Source of the DNA: a virus | Lineage: Duplodnaviria > Caudoviricetes | IMG/VR virus record: IMGVR_UViG_3300048852_000127 | Coordinates: 1 to 45,096 of that record | Direction: 5' to 3' (one strand) | DNA: 45,096 nt | In this document: positions 9,258 to 18,618 of the stretch, in pieces | How the letters are laid out: each line of letters begins with the position of its first letter | Position numbering within the stretch: the first letter of the stretch is position 1 | Notes under the pieces: model-generated | Databases searched by the model: none | What the model saw: the letters and a program-made list of their open reading frames with translations, nothing else | What the model was told of the DNA's origin: nothing | Translations under genes and position numbers: made by a program

Positions 9258-9641
9258 CTACCCTTGGTTTTTCATGAAGGCGAACCATCGAATGGTTTGG
9301 CCCGCCGCTGGATATGTCCCCGGGTCTTCAATCGACTCGCCAGCTCTGGCGTAAAAGCCGGATTGATCGACATCGCTGTAAACGGTCGCGAATGTCGGGA
9401 ACTCCACCAAGCGCCCGCAGAACAGGAATGGCACCACAGGAAAGGTTTTCCCGAAACTCACTCGGGTTCGATTGCCGCCAGAAGGGCAGGTGAAAGTCCC
9501 GGAGGCGACAGCCATAAGATGCTTTGTGCTCATGGAAAACAGAGCGGCTGCATCGCTGACCGTCCCGGCGTCCGACCCGGCTGGCGAGACCCATAAGCCG
9601 TATTGCGACCCGCGCTGACCGAGGATGATCCGCCGCGTCAT
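9258..9641 (-). CDS. Tail-tip accessory protein, paralog 2
   Basis: N-terminus MTRRIILGQRGSQYGLWVSPAGSDAGT. Confidence 0.65.
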   Translation of the reverse strand: MTRRIILGQRGSQYGLWVSPAGSDAGTVSDAAALFSMSTKHLMAVASGTFTCPSGGNRTRVSFGKTFPVVPFLFCGRLVEFPTFATVYSDVDQSGFYARAGESIEDPGTYPAAGQTIRWFAFMKNQG

Positions 9642-10063
9642 GGCCGCACCGTCATGAAGATGAATTTATCGCCGGTTGAGATAGGCGACTGCTTGGGGAA
9701 CGGGACGCCGATCATGACAGCTGTTTGGGAAACGACAAGCGCATAGGGCGTACCGTCCCACCAGCCTAAATCGAAGTCGCCCACAAAGTATTGCCTTTCA
9801 ATCTGATCGATCACCATTTCCCCGCTGCGTTTGAGCGCGAAAATGCACGGCGGCGGCGCAGTGTAGGATGCCCCCAAGCTGACCCATTGGAACAACCCCG
9901 TGATTTCACCAACAGAAACGGCTTTTGCGTTTGCGTCCCTCAAGGCCGAAAACGAGATGACCCGATTGTTGTTGATATCACCTGTCGCGGCGTCATACCC
10001 CTGCCTTGATATGCGAAGGTCATAGGCTGTGCCGATCCTACCCATCACGATGCGTCGTGCCAT
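9638..10063 (-). CDS. Tail-tip accessory protein, paralog 1
   Basis: N-terminus MARRIVMGRIGTAYDLRISRQGYDAAT; starts 3 nt after the J stop. Confidence 0.65.
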   Translation of the reverse strand: MARRIVMGRIGTAYDLRISRQGYDAATGDINNNRVISFSALRDANAKAVSVGEITGLFQWVSLGASYTAPPPCIFALKRSGEMVIDQIERQYFVGDFDLGWWDGTPYALVVSQTAVMIGVPFPKQSPISTGDKFIFMTVRP

Positions 10064-10066
10064 AGC

Positions 10067-13000
10067 TCAGTCCCAGACCTCGATACGACGGTTGGGGCCA
10101 TCGAGGCGGAACCCGCCCGCGGTTGTTACGTCGCTGGACGACGTAACCGTTCCGATGTTCGCGCTGATCGCCGATAGAGCCACGACGTTGATCTGGTTCG
10201 CATTGATCGAGCCGTCTGCGATGAAGTCACCGCGCAGCACCATGCGGCCGACGCCGTTGCGGGTGCCGATCGAGAAGACTGCCTCGGCGCCGAAGCCGTT
10301 CCCGGGCGCTCCCACGAGGAACTTGTCGACCGCAATCTTGAACTCGCTCTGCGGCGATCCCTCCGGCCCCTGAGCGCCGACGAGTTGCAGGCCGCCGAAG
10401 AAGCCGTTGGAGTTGAGCGTCACCTTCCAGGCGCCGATCAGTTGCCCCGTGACATCCGACACGGCCGTGATGCGCTCGCCCACGGTGATCGCGTTCTCGT
10501 CGTACTCTGCGACCACGTCGGTGCCGAAGATCGCCAGCGCCTTGTCTGCCGTCACCTCCACTTCCGCGATCTGAGTGATGGCCGCCCTGGCCTGATCGTT
10601 CGCCTCTTCGGCCAAGACGATCCCCTCACCGGCAAGGTCGGCCGTCTGGAGCAGGATATCGAGGCTGTCCATGCGCCGTGCAAGATCCGGGATCAGGTCG
10701 TCCGGCTGGACCTTCATCATGATGAAGTCGTTCGCCAGAACCAGCGGGGGCGGGTTCACGATCACGATGCTGAAGGCGCCCATCGTGTTCCTGGCCGTGA
10801 TGCCGGCCACCCGCAGCCGAATGGCCTGGGCCCCCGCGACAATCGCCTCGAAGGTGGTCTTGTCGCCCTCATAGGCCCGGACCCAGGTCTGGCCGCCATC
10901 ATAGGACACATCAGCGATATAGCTCACCGCTCCCCTCGCCGGCTGCCAGCCCGCCTGCAGGATGAGGTTGACCCCACGTTGATAGACTTGAGCGCCCAGC
11001 GTCGTGACAACCGGGATTGCCGACGAGAACACGTCGGGGATGTTCGGCAGCGGCTCGACGCCGTCTTCGTTGATGTCATAGACGGCAAGGTCGTCCACCA
11101 CGCCGGTCAGCGTGATGTGCTCCCCGTCCGTGTCCGGTGTGCCCTCGGTGATGAGCACCCGGAAGGTGCGCGGCTGCCCTGGCGAGAAGGCGGCAGTGGG
11201 GCGGTCGGCCAAGTCCGAGCGTGCGACGGCATCGGTCAGCGTCATGCCCTGCCGCGTCGTTTCGGTTGCAAGGTCAGTGGCGTTGACGATCGCAATCCGG
11301 GCACTCGTGCCGCGCGTGACCCGCACCGGCCCCCACGGCTGTCCGTCCCGGCGCCGCACCTCGACGTAGTGGCTGCCGGTGGCGCTCCATTCCAGATCGT
11401 GGTCGAAGGTGAGCGTGCGCGTGGCGTTGTCATAGGACATGACTTCCGCCGACTGGCCCCAGGTCTCCGGCTCCTCGCAGCAAAGCTTCACCAGATCCCC
11501 GCGCTTGAGCAGGCGGCCTTCAGCCCTGGCCGTCCATGACACGGTGATGCGACGGTTCTTGTTCTCGGCCGCCATGAACCGCACGAGGCCGACAGCCTGT
11601 GAGCGCTTGGAAACCCCTAGGAGTTGCACCCGCGCGGGCTTGGCGAGCGTCGTTCCGGTCGGGGCCGACGAGACCTCAGCCAGCCGGAACGTCGTCTGGT
11701 CGATGTACTCGCCCACGATGCCGTCAGCGATATCATCATCAGCCAGGGTGTAGTCGATGGAGAGACTGTCCCGCACGATGTCGTAATCCGTAAACATCAT
11801 GCGCGGGAGCCCGCGGGGCTCGTCACGCACAATGGTCAGACGATCGCCCACGGGTGCGGGCATCGCACGGCCAGCCTTCAGGATCGTCTCAAGCGCGTCG
11901 TCCAGCGTCTGCGGCTCTTTGAAGACATGATCGAAGGTGTGGCCCAGTCCGCTCCAGAGCTGGTCGTAGGCATAGAAGCTCTGGAAGTCGACCTGCTCGA
12001 GCGGCAGACCCGCGCCATAGTTCGCGTTGCGCCACATATCGAGTGCAGCCCACGCGATGGAACGGGATGGCTGTTCAACGAATGTCGTTCCGTTCCAGAC
12101 CGGGATCCTGCGGGTCGCGATGACACCTACCTGTCCGTTCATGATGCCCTGCAGGGCCTCGTTCGCCCGGGCGCGAATGGCAATGGTCGTCACGCGCGGG
12201 AAGGAATTCGGCCCATCGATATGCGCTCGCAGCGCCGACCAAACAATATTGTCCGCACCTGAGAGCCGTGGATCCGAGGGCATGTCCTCGATCGGCGTGT
12301 TCGTGCGCCGTGCCCGCACCTCAAACCGGCCATCAGGCACGTCGATCCGCTCGGTGATGCGGATCTGCGACTGCTTGGAGTACCGGTAGACGTGAGCCCA
12401 GACCGTGGTCCAATCTCCTGTCGGAGCGCCTGCGTTGTTGACCGGCCGGATCTGCACCTCGACGCCGACAGGCTGCTCTCTCAGTTCACCCTTCCACATC
12501 CAGAAGCAGCCGGATGGGAAGATGAAATCGATCAGGAGAGACCGTGCCAGCGTCCCGGCCGCGTTCGCCGTGAAGCCTGCGGTGAAGTCCTGGGACAGTT
12601 CGATGCCGGAGACCTCGGACGCCGTGACGACATTGACCGGGAAGAGCGTCACCTTCTCGCCCGGGTCGCGGATCTGGATCGTGATGCCGGGGAAGCTCGG
12701 ATTGTAGCCGCCGCTCTTCGTCCAGATGCGGGTGTCCGCGATCCTCAGCTCCTCGATGTCGTAGCTGCCGCATCCGAGGGCCAGCAGCGCGTACTCCGTC
12801 ATGTTGTCGCCGTCGTACTCGCTGTATTTGGGCGCGGCGAAATCTGGGAACGACAACGTGCGGCCATAGCCTACCGGAATCGGCTGGAGCGGGCGGGCCT
12901 GGTTGCCACCGAAGCCGAAGGAATAGAGCTGATCCTTCTCGTCCGTCTGGCCACCGGCCTTCGGCTTGAGGAAATGGCTGATCGCCATCGCGCCGCCTGC

Positions 13001-13414
13001 GATCAGCAGCGAGGAGCCAATAGAGGCCATGGTCGTGCCAGCGCCGAACGCGAGACCCGCCGCCCATGGCGCGAGTGCGGTGAGCGCCACCATCGCGAGG
13101 ATGGCGCCGATGCTCTTGCCCGAGGATCCGCCGCCGCCCCAACTGCCAAGCGGGCGAGAGAGAAACTCGACGTTATCGTTGGCGGCCAGCCGGTGCGTGG
13201 CCCATTCGGTGCGGCTGTAATAGACTCCGTTCACCTTGCAGACGGTCGGCAGATCGAAGCGCCAGCCGGTCTCCTTAATGAGCTGCTCGATCGTCGGCTT
13301 GCGCTTGCGGGTCTTGTGCTCGGCAATGGGGAGCACGAGCCCAGCCTCAGGCAGGCGAACGTCATCGCGCTCCGGGTCGAAGACCAGGAGATTATGCTTT
13401 ACAGCAAGAGGCAT
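10067..13414 (-). CDS. Host-specificity / tail tip protein J-like, with fused tail-assembly-I-like N-terminus
   Basis: NQARPLQPIPVGYG, FN3-like region, coiled coil, C-terminal FKIAVDKFLV / FIADGSINANQINV. Confidence 0.88.
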   Translation of the reverse strand: MPLAVKHNLLVFDPERDDVRLPEAGLVLPIAEHKTRKRKPTIEQLIKETGWRFDLPTVCKVNGVYYSRTEWATHRLAANDNVEFLSRPLGSWGGGGSSGKSIGAILAMVALTALAPWAAGLAFGAGTTMASIGSSLLIAGGAMAISHFLKPKAGGQTDEKDQLYSFGFGGNQARPLQPIPVGYGRTLSFPDFAAPKYSEYDGDNMTEYALLALGCGSYDIEELRIADTRIWTKSGGYNPSFPGITIQIRDPGEKVTLFPVNVVTASEVSGIELSQDFTAGFTANAAGTLARSLLIDFIFPSGCFWMWKGELREQPVGVEVQIRPVNNAGAPTGDWTTVWAHVYRYSKQSQIRITERIDVPDGRFEVRARRTNTPIEDMPSDPRLSGADNIVWSALRAHIDGPNSFPRVTTIAIRARANEALQGIMNGQVGVIATRRIPVWNGTTFVEQPSRSIAWAALDMWRNANYGAGLPLEQVDFQSFYAYDQLWSGLGHTFDHVFKEPQTLDDALETILKAGRAMPAPVGDRLTIVRDEPRGLPRMMFTDYDIVRDSLSIDYTLADDDIADGIVGEYIDQTTFRLAEVSSAPTGTTLAKPARVQLLGVSKRSQAVGLVRFMAAENKNRRITVSWTARAEGRLLKRGDLVKLCCEEPETWGQSAEVMSYDNATRTLTFDHDLEWSATGSHYVEVRRRDGQPWGPVRVTRGTSARIAIVNATDLATETTRQGMTLTDAVARSDLADRPTAAFSPGQPRTFRVLITEGTPDTDGEHITLTGVVDDLAVYDINEDGVEPLPNIPDVFSSAIPVVTTLGAQVYQRGVNLILQAGWQPARGAVSYIADVSYDGGQTWVRAYEGDKTTFEAIVAGAQAIRLRVAGITARNTMGAFSIVIVNPPPLVLANDFIMMKVQPDDLIPDLARRMDSLDILLQTADLAGEGIVLAEEANDQARAAITQIAEVEVTADKALAIFGTDVVAEYDENAITVGERITAVSDVTGQLIGAWKVTLNSNGFFGGLQLVGAQGPEGSPQSEFKIAVDKFLVGAPGNGFGAEAVFSIGTRNGVGRMVLRGDFIADGSINANQINVVALSAISANIGTVTSSSDVTTAGGFRLDGPNRRIEVWD

Positions 13415-13417
13415 CGG

Positions 13418-13537
13418 TCAGGAGGCCTTTTCCAGCGGGGGATGGCAGTAAATCGTGCCGGCCACAATCAGGTGGCCGTTGAAATCCGGCTCATACCAAC
13501 CAGCAATGACCAGATTGCCATTGAACCTAAACGCCAT
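13418..13537 (-). CDS. 39-aa small protein absent from the ORF track
   Basis: GGAGG RBS; MAFRFNGNLVIAGWYEPDFNGHLIVAGTIYCHPPLEKAS; fills the gap between NlpC/P60 and J. Confidence 0.55.
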   Translation of the reverse strand: MAFRFNGNLVIAGWYEPDFNGHLIVAGTIYCHPPLEKAS

Positions 13538-13982
13538 ACTTACCTCCAAGAAGGCAGGAAGCTGAAGGCTTCCGACGCCAAAATCTCAAAAAGTTAAACC
13601 CCGAAGCCCGCAGCGCCGGAATATCATCGACCACGACACCTGCATGCCGGTCGATGTGGAGCACGGCGCCTGCCGTGGTGAGTTTGACATAGGTGCCGAG
13701 ATGGAAATCCCGCTTGGCGACATTGCCCATCAGCACGAGATCGAGATCCCGCACCTCGGCTTCCGTGACCTCGTCCCAGGCCTGGCGCTCGGGATGGACG
13801 AGCATCGCTTCAGCCTGGGCCCGGGTCGTGGGTTCGGCAAAGGCTACGTCCGGCATGTCGATTCCGGCGAGTTCCAACTGGATATGGCGGGCGAGGCCAT
13901 AACAATCGAACTCGTCGGGTCCGCGCGCCCCGATCCTGTAGGGCTTGCCGACGAGGCTTTCCAGAAAGGCGAGACGATCCAT
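13527..13982 (-). CDS. NlpC/P60 tail-associated peptidase
   Basis: GKPYRIGARGPDEFDCYGL; HLG and VLH histidines. Confidence 0.88.
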   Translation of the reverse strand: MDRLAFLESLVGKPYRIGARGPDEFDCYGLARHIQLELAGIDMPDVAFAEPTTRAQAEAMLVHPERQAWDEVTEAEVRDLDLVLMGNVAKRDFHLGTYVKLTTAGAVLHIDRHAGVVVDDIPALRASGFNFLRFWRRKPSASCLLGGKYGV

Positions 13983-14518
13983 CACGACGCCTGCAACAGG
14001 GATGGGAAACGAACCATATCATAGACCTCGCGCATCACGCGCATGCTCTGCGGGCGGGCAATCGAAAGCTGCCCTTCAAGGTGGCGTCCCATGCGTTTCA
14101 CATTCCGAAGAACGAGGCGATATGGTCCCTGCCCTACAGTGTCGGGGTCAGAGGCCAGATAGCCGCGGAAGATTGCAATGATAGGCGTGTTGATCTTCAC
14201 AGCCTCGGGCAGATACTTCCCGGCCTCTCGATTCACGTTATCGAGGCGGATCGTGGACTCTACGCCGAGACTGCTGATGCGGGGGTAGTCGATTTCAAAG
14301 GGGATAGCTTTGAAGGGCACCACCAAGCCCCCGCCCACTGGTGCCCCCGATTCGAGGCGAAGGTTCATATCGACGGTATTCCTCACGGCCCGGATCGGAG
14401 CGGGTTGTCCATTCTCGACAAATGTCGGATGGATCAACTCCATAGTCGGGAGCATGACCTCGTCCTTGGGCGCTGAGGCGGCGGCCTCGGCCCAGGCCTG
14501 CGTTGCACTGATAGGCAT
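13982..14518 (-). CDS. DUF1833-like tail protein
   Basis: A.ASAP.DEV.L.TMELIHP and IRLDNV motifs; start taken as ATG14518. Confidence 0.8.
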   Translation of the reverse strand: MPISATQAWAEAAASAPKDEVMLPTMELIHPTFVENGQPAPIRAVRNTVDMNLRLESGAPVGGGLVVPFKAIPFEIDYPRISSLGVESTIRLDNVNREAGKYLPEAVKINTPIIAIFRGYLASDPDTVGQGPYRLVLRNVKRMGRHLEGQLSIARPQSMRVMREVYDMVRFPSLLQAS

Positions 14519-14600
14519 GAGATTGTCCTGGGGAGGTGTTGGGCCGGGGTGCCTTGCGGCATCGTCCCGGCCCGTTACCATCGGAGATGCGACTCAACCG

Positions 14601-14933
14601 ATGGAGACTAGTTTGACACAAGAACCGAAGAAGCCGAATTTCTCGATGCGAATGCCCGCACATATGGACGAAGCGTGCACTGCGATGGGAGTTATGACGA
14701 ACTCTCTCCGCATCACCTTAAACAAGATGGCAGAAGAGCACGGCTATCAGGCAGGACCTTGGTTTGATGATCTCTCCGACCAGCTAATCAGGGAGGTTAA
14801 GGGTACTATCACCGAGGGTATCCCCATCGAGCGAGACGCCGCGAGCGTCGGCTACTCTCTCGAACTCCTTGAGGGCCTTCTTGGCGTCATCAGGGGTAAG
14901 CTCGTCAGCAAAGATGCGCAAGACGGAGCCTGA
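14601..14933 (+). CDS. Hypothetical protein inserted antisense in the tail operon (moron)
   Basis: 110-aa ORF opposite to the late genes; start ATG14601 or TTG14613. Confidence 0.6.
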   Translation: METSLTQEPKKPNFSMRMPAHMDEACTAMGVMTNSLRITLNKMAEEHGYQAGPWFDDLSDQLIREVKGTITEGIPIERDAASVGYSLELLEGLLGVIRGKLVSKDAQDGA

Positions 14934-15023
14934 GTCCGATCGAATGAGTTGGAGTGCCCCGATCTGAATAATGCTGGGGTTCTTCATATTAGCCTCACAG
15001 GCTTGCGTTGCGGAGATTGGCAC

Positions 15024-15404
15024 TTAGACGAGCCCCTGCACTTTCAAAACCATGGTCACGAGCGTGCGCCCAGCGCCCAGATCGCTCTCACCGATGCCTG
15101 CCACGGCGTCATCAATCTGCACGGTGCGCTCGACATAGCTCTTCGTTGAAGCGTTCCAGACCGGCATGGTGAACTCAGCCGTGCCAGCAGCCAGACCATT
15201 CATGACAAAGCTGCGGAAGACGCCCATCTGCTCAGCGGTAAAGTCCCGCGACCAGTTCATGGTCGTGATGTTGACCGTGAACTGTCGGCGCATCCGGATC
15301 TTGCCCGACTGCATCTCTGACTTGACCGGAGCAGAGCCCAACTGCGGGATCTGGTAGCCGTCCCGCAGCGATTGATAGGGGAGACCGGCGGGCCAGGTCG
15401 GCAT
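15024..15404 (-). CDS. Distal tail protein-like
   Basis: MPTWPAGLP, SEMQSG..RMRRQFT; follows the tape measure gene. Confidence 0.75.
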   Translation of the reverse strand: MPTWPAGLPYQSLRDGYQIPQLGSAPVKSEMQSGKIRMRRQFTVNITTMNWSRDFTAEQMGVFRSFVMNGLAAGTAEFTMPVWNASTKSYVERTVQIDDAVAGIGESDLGAGRTLVTMVLKVQGLV

Positions 15405-17677
15405 TAGCGGCCCCTCATCGCACTGACGCCGAAGCGCTGTTTCAGCTGCTTATCGAAGCGCCCTTCAGAGATCATGCTGCCGAAGAGCTGCTCAACCTGG
15501 ATGTCCCACCGAGCGCCATTGGGGCCATCCGACTCCTTCACGGATGTCTTAGTGCCCGGGGCCTCGTGAATATGGATTTCCGGACGATTGGTGTTTGCCT
15601 GAGCAGGCACCCCCTGCATGGTAACGGGAATGGACCGGCCGTCCGGCAGAGGCACATAGGCCTCCGGCATGCGCCCCTCACCGAAGAGAGCCAATTGAGG
15701 AGTGCGCGCTACACCGCCATCGGCATACTTGTTCAGGGGGAGCGAACCATGCTCGGTCATGATGCCGCCATTAGCAAATGGCCATGCCGCTTTCAGGCCA
15801 CTGAACAATGTGCCGAAGAGCCCGCCCATTTGGCCATTCGCACCAGCAGTGCCAAACAGACCTGCCAACGGGCCCTGCCCCATCAGAGCCGCTTGCAACG
15901 CCGCATTGGCAATGCTCTTTGCGATGTTGTTGAACACGTCCTCGACGTTCTTGCCCTCGATCAGAAGATCCGACAGGGCGTCCGTGGCCATGTCTCCGAA
16001 GTACTGCTGAGCGGCATTGAGTGCCTCCTGCCGTTCGCGAATGGCCTCCAGCTGCTCGACAGCGGCGCGGCGGCCTTCGACTTCGGCGTCGATGGCACGC
16101 TGCATATCGGCAGAGATATCGAGCCCGCGCTTCTTGGCGGCTGTCTCCAGTTCGATCCGCAGGCGCGCTGCTTCCAATTCTCCACCGTATTGACCGTAGA
16201 GGCGGGTTTCCTCCTGGATCTGTTGGGTACGGCCTTGAGCCGTGGTGAGGGCGCGCTGGAACGCATCTTCATCGGCCTGCGCTCCGCGCGCGCCGCGGCG
16301 GGCATCAGCCTCTGCTTTGCGACGGGCCTCCTCTGCCTTCTTCTCGGCTTCCCTGTCCATGATGCGCTGCTGAGCTGCCCGGAACGCCTCCTCAGCCATT
16401 TGCCGTCCAGTATCAGTGTCCGTATTCGCCAACATCTTCTCGTAGGCTTCGCGCGCTTTCTCCAGATCACTGAGTTTCGGAAGTGCGATATTCGATAGGT
16501 CGCGAAGAGCCTTCTCGAATTCCTTCACGTTCCCGAGATTGCTCGAGATGGAGTCGCCTAGAATACCGACGGCGCGGGCATCCCGCTCAAGTGCCTCCTG
16601 GGCTTGCAGCGCCGCATTTGCCTTATTGATCAATTCTCCGGCTAGGGCCTTGACCTGCGTGCTATCCGATGCCTGCGCAATCCGAGCAACCTCTTCGACA
16701 TAGGCGCGGATATCCGGCAAGCCATCTGCAGTTAGTTGGTTCAGGCGTTCGAAGGCTGAAGCGAAGTCCTTGTATTTCGGGTCAAGTTCAAGATTGACCC
16801 CGCCGAAGCCCGCACCAGTGGCCATGTCCGTGAATGCGGCCCCCGTGGACTGCACCATGCTGTAGTAGAGCTCGAATGAAAGCCGCTGGACATCCCCCTT
16901 CAGGCGCTCCATCTGGGCACGCAGCTGGGTTTCCAGCACCGCTGCGCTCTTTGTGGCGTAATCCTCAAGACCTTTGGCCGCATCGCCATAAGCGTCCTTT
17001 ACCGAGCGGATCAGATCAGCATGCGCTTTGAGCCGATCCTCAAGGGTTTCGACCTTTTCGCTTGCACTGGTGAAATACTGGATAAGAGCGCCGCCGGCTG
17101 CAATCGCACCGATTGTGACGAGGTTGACCGGGCTGATCAGGGACATGAAGGCCCCGCCAAGAGCGGCGACTGCGCCACGAGCACCACCGGGACCATCGCC
17201 TAGAACCTGCCCGATCTGGGTGCCCTGCTGAAGGGCGACAGTCAGGGGGCTCGTTCCGGCTGCCAACTGCACGGCAATGTCGTTGAACTGTGCCGCAAGG
17301 TTGCCGGTCTGTGACAGGAGGTTACTGTTAGCGGGTCCGAGCTGGCCATACCGCGCACGTAGCTTCTCCAGCGAAGCGGCATACTGATCCGCATCGATCT
17401 TGCCCTGGTTGAAGGCCCGATCGAGGATCTCCTGCCCCCGCGCCATCTGCTGCTGCGCCCGGAAAGCGGGGTCGATCTGTGCCGTCAGGCGCTCGAATGC
17501 CTTGCCGACATCAAGCTGACGGGGAGCGGGCTTGTCGAAGAATTTTGCAGTCTCCTCCCCCGCCTTTCCAAGGCCCTCCTGCGCTTGCTTTACCTTATCG
17601 AGGTCCGACGCAAGTTTATCCAACCCTTCAGAGACCCCGCGGACGGTCACGGTATCAATGGTGTTCTGTGCTGCCAT
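15404..17677 (-). CDS. Tail tape measure protein
   Basis: QFNDIAVQLAAGTSPLTVALQQGTQI; long helical body; FANGG / GEGRMPEAYVPLPDG. Confidence 0.93.
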   Translation of the reverse strand: MAAQNTIDTVTVRGVSEGLDKLASDLDKVKQAQEGLGKAGEETAKFFDKPAPRQLDVGKAFERLTAQIDPAFRAQQQMARGQEILDRAFNQGKIDADQYAASLEKLRARYGQLGPANSNLLSQTGNLAAQFNDIAVQLAAGTSPLTVALQQGTQIGQVLGDGPGGARGAVAALGGAFMSLISPVNLVTIGAIAAGGALIQYFTSASEKVETLEDRLKAHADLIRSVKDAYGDAAKGLEDYATKSAAVLETQLRAQMERLKGDVQRLSFELYYSMVQSTGAAFTDMATGAGFGGVNLELDPKYKDFASAFERLNQLTADGLPDIRAYVEEVARIAQASDSTQVKALAGELINKANAALQAQEALERDARAVGILGDSISSNLGNVKEFEKALRDLSNIALPKLSDLEKAREAYEKMLANTDTDTGRQMAEEAFRAAQQRIMDREAEKKAEEARRKAEADARRGARGAQADEDAFQRALTTAQGRTQQIQEETRLYGQYGGELEAARLRIELETAAKKRGLDISADMQRAIDAEVEGRRAAVEQLEAIRERQEALNAAQQYFGDMATDALSDLLIEGKNVEDVFNNIAKSIANAALQAALMGQGPLAGLFGTAGANGQMGGLFGTLFSGLKAAWPFANGGIMTEHGSLPLNKYADGGVARTPQLALFGEGRMPEAYVPLPDGRSIPVTMQGVPAQANTNRPEIHIHEAPGTKTSVKESDGPNGARWDIQVEQLFGSMISEGRFDKQLKQRFGVSAMRGR

Positions 17678-17685
17678 GATAAGGC

Positions 17686-18036
17686 CTATTTGCGAGGTTT
17701 GCGCTTCGCCATCTCAGTCATGTACGAGCCGTCCATGCTGCGGAGGAGGAAGAAGAACCGCTCGAACTCGTCGGGATCGGTAATCCCGTAGCGAGCGGCG
17801 TAGCGGTCGACGGCGGTGAAGGGGATGGGGCCCGCGGCCCCGAAGCCGAGCGGGCGGTCGTTGTTGAGATCCCAGAACGCTCGCCACACGAAGAGAAGGT
17901 GTGGTGCGACTTCCGGCCGGTCGGCAACGGACTGCGCCAGATCTTCGCCCCGCTCGGCGGCCACCTCCTGAAGCCATTCGGATATACCGTTCTGCCCCCA
18001 GGACAGCCGCCACAGCAGGGCGTCTGTCAGTTTTTT
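17686..18036 (-). CDS. Tail assembly chaperone GT-like extension (-1 frame)
   Basis: Frame is open from the slippery site: KLTDALLWRLSWGQNGISEWLQEVAAERG...AFWDL..DRP.GF..GPIPF. Confidence 0.75.
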   Translation of the reverse strand, partial: KKLTDALLWRLSWGQNGISEWLQEVAAERGEDLAQSVADRPEVAPHLLFVWRAFWDLNNDRPLGFGAAGPIPFTAVDRYAARYGITDPDEFERFFFLLRSMDGSYMTEMAKRKPRK

Positions 18037-18437
18037 GCGTCGTCCTCGATGCCGAGAGCACCCTCGTCAGCGACGATGCTGGCAGCCCAGGCCACCGCAT
18101 CGCGGAACCGGCGCCACTTCGGATTGGTCAGAAGCTCCTTCGCCTGCTCCTTGGAATAAGGGGCGGGCTGCCCATTGATCATGATGCCATCCCAATCCAG
18201 CAGCACCGTCTCGTGCAGGCACGTCGCAGTGATGCGGTCGAGTTCCTCAGGATCGATCTTGCCGCCCTGTTTCTTGGCGCGCGGCAGAGCGTCGATGAGC
18301 CGGGCCTGCAGCTTGCGGTAATCAGCATTGCCGACGCCACGGACCTTCAGGCGAAGGTCGCCCATCTCCGGGATGTTGTCGACCCAGGCCCCCTGCTCGA
18401 ACCGTGTGGCGTCGATCGCGATATCATTCAGCTCCAT
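18027..18437 (-). CDS. Tail assembly chaperone (G-like)
   Basis: GAWV, LKVRG..N..Y, VLLDWDG, PYSKE; ends AKN. Confidence 0.8.
   Translation of the reverse strand: MELNDIAIDATRFEQGAWVDNIPEMGDLRLKVRGVGNADYRKLQARLIDALPRAKKQGGKIDPEELDRITATCLHETVLLDWDGIMINGQPAPYSKEQAKELLTNPKWRRFRDAVAWAASIVADEGALGIEDDAKN
18030..18036 (-). other. Programmed -1 frameshift site A AAA AAC
   Basis: GCA AAA AAC TGA at the end of the chaperone gene; X XXY YYZ pattern at the canonical position. Confidence 0.85.
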
Positions 18438-18618
18438 TCTGAGCGTCCTTCCTTGCCGTGGCCTTGGGCCCGGTCTTGGTGGTTTCCTTGGCGAGGCCCT
18501 TGGCGACGAGGATGTCGGCATAGGAATCCGACACCTCAACGATCTCGCCCTTGGTGAAACTGACCTTCTTCGAGGCCGGATAGCCGTCGAAGGTGTCGAT
18601 GATCTCTACGGACTTCAT
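18424..18618 (-). CDS. Small hypothetical tail-module protein
   Basis: ATGA overlap with the tail tube gene; F.KGEIVEV..YA..LVAKGLA. Confidence 0.6.
   Translation of the reverse strand: MKSVEIIDTFDGYPASKKVSFTKGEIVEVSDSYADILVAKGLAKETTKTGPKATARKDAQNGAE

Noticed and set aside
6692-10063. Diversity-generating retroelement or invertible tail-fibre cassette
   Set aside because: No reverse transcriptase, invertase, template/variable repeat pair or flanking inverted repeats seen.
14784-15023. 79-aa ORF MPISATQACEAN... as a real gene
   Set aside because: Only the first eight codons match DUF1833; most of the remainder is antisense to the inserted gene. Treated as a scar.
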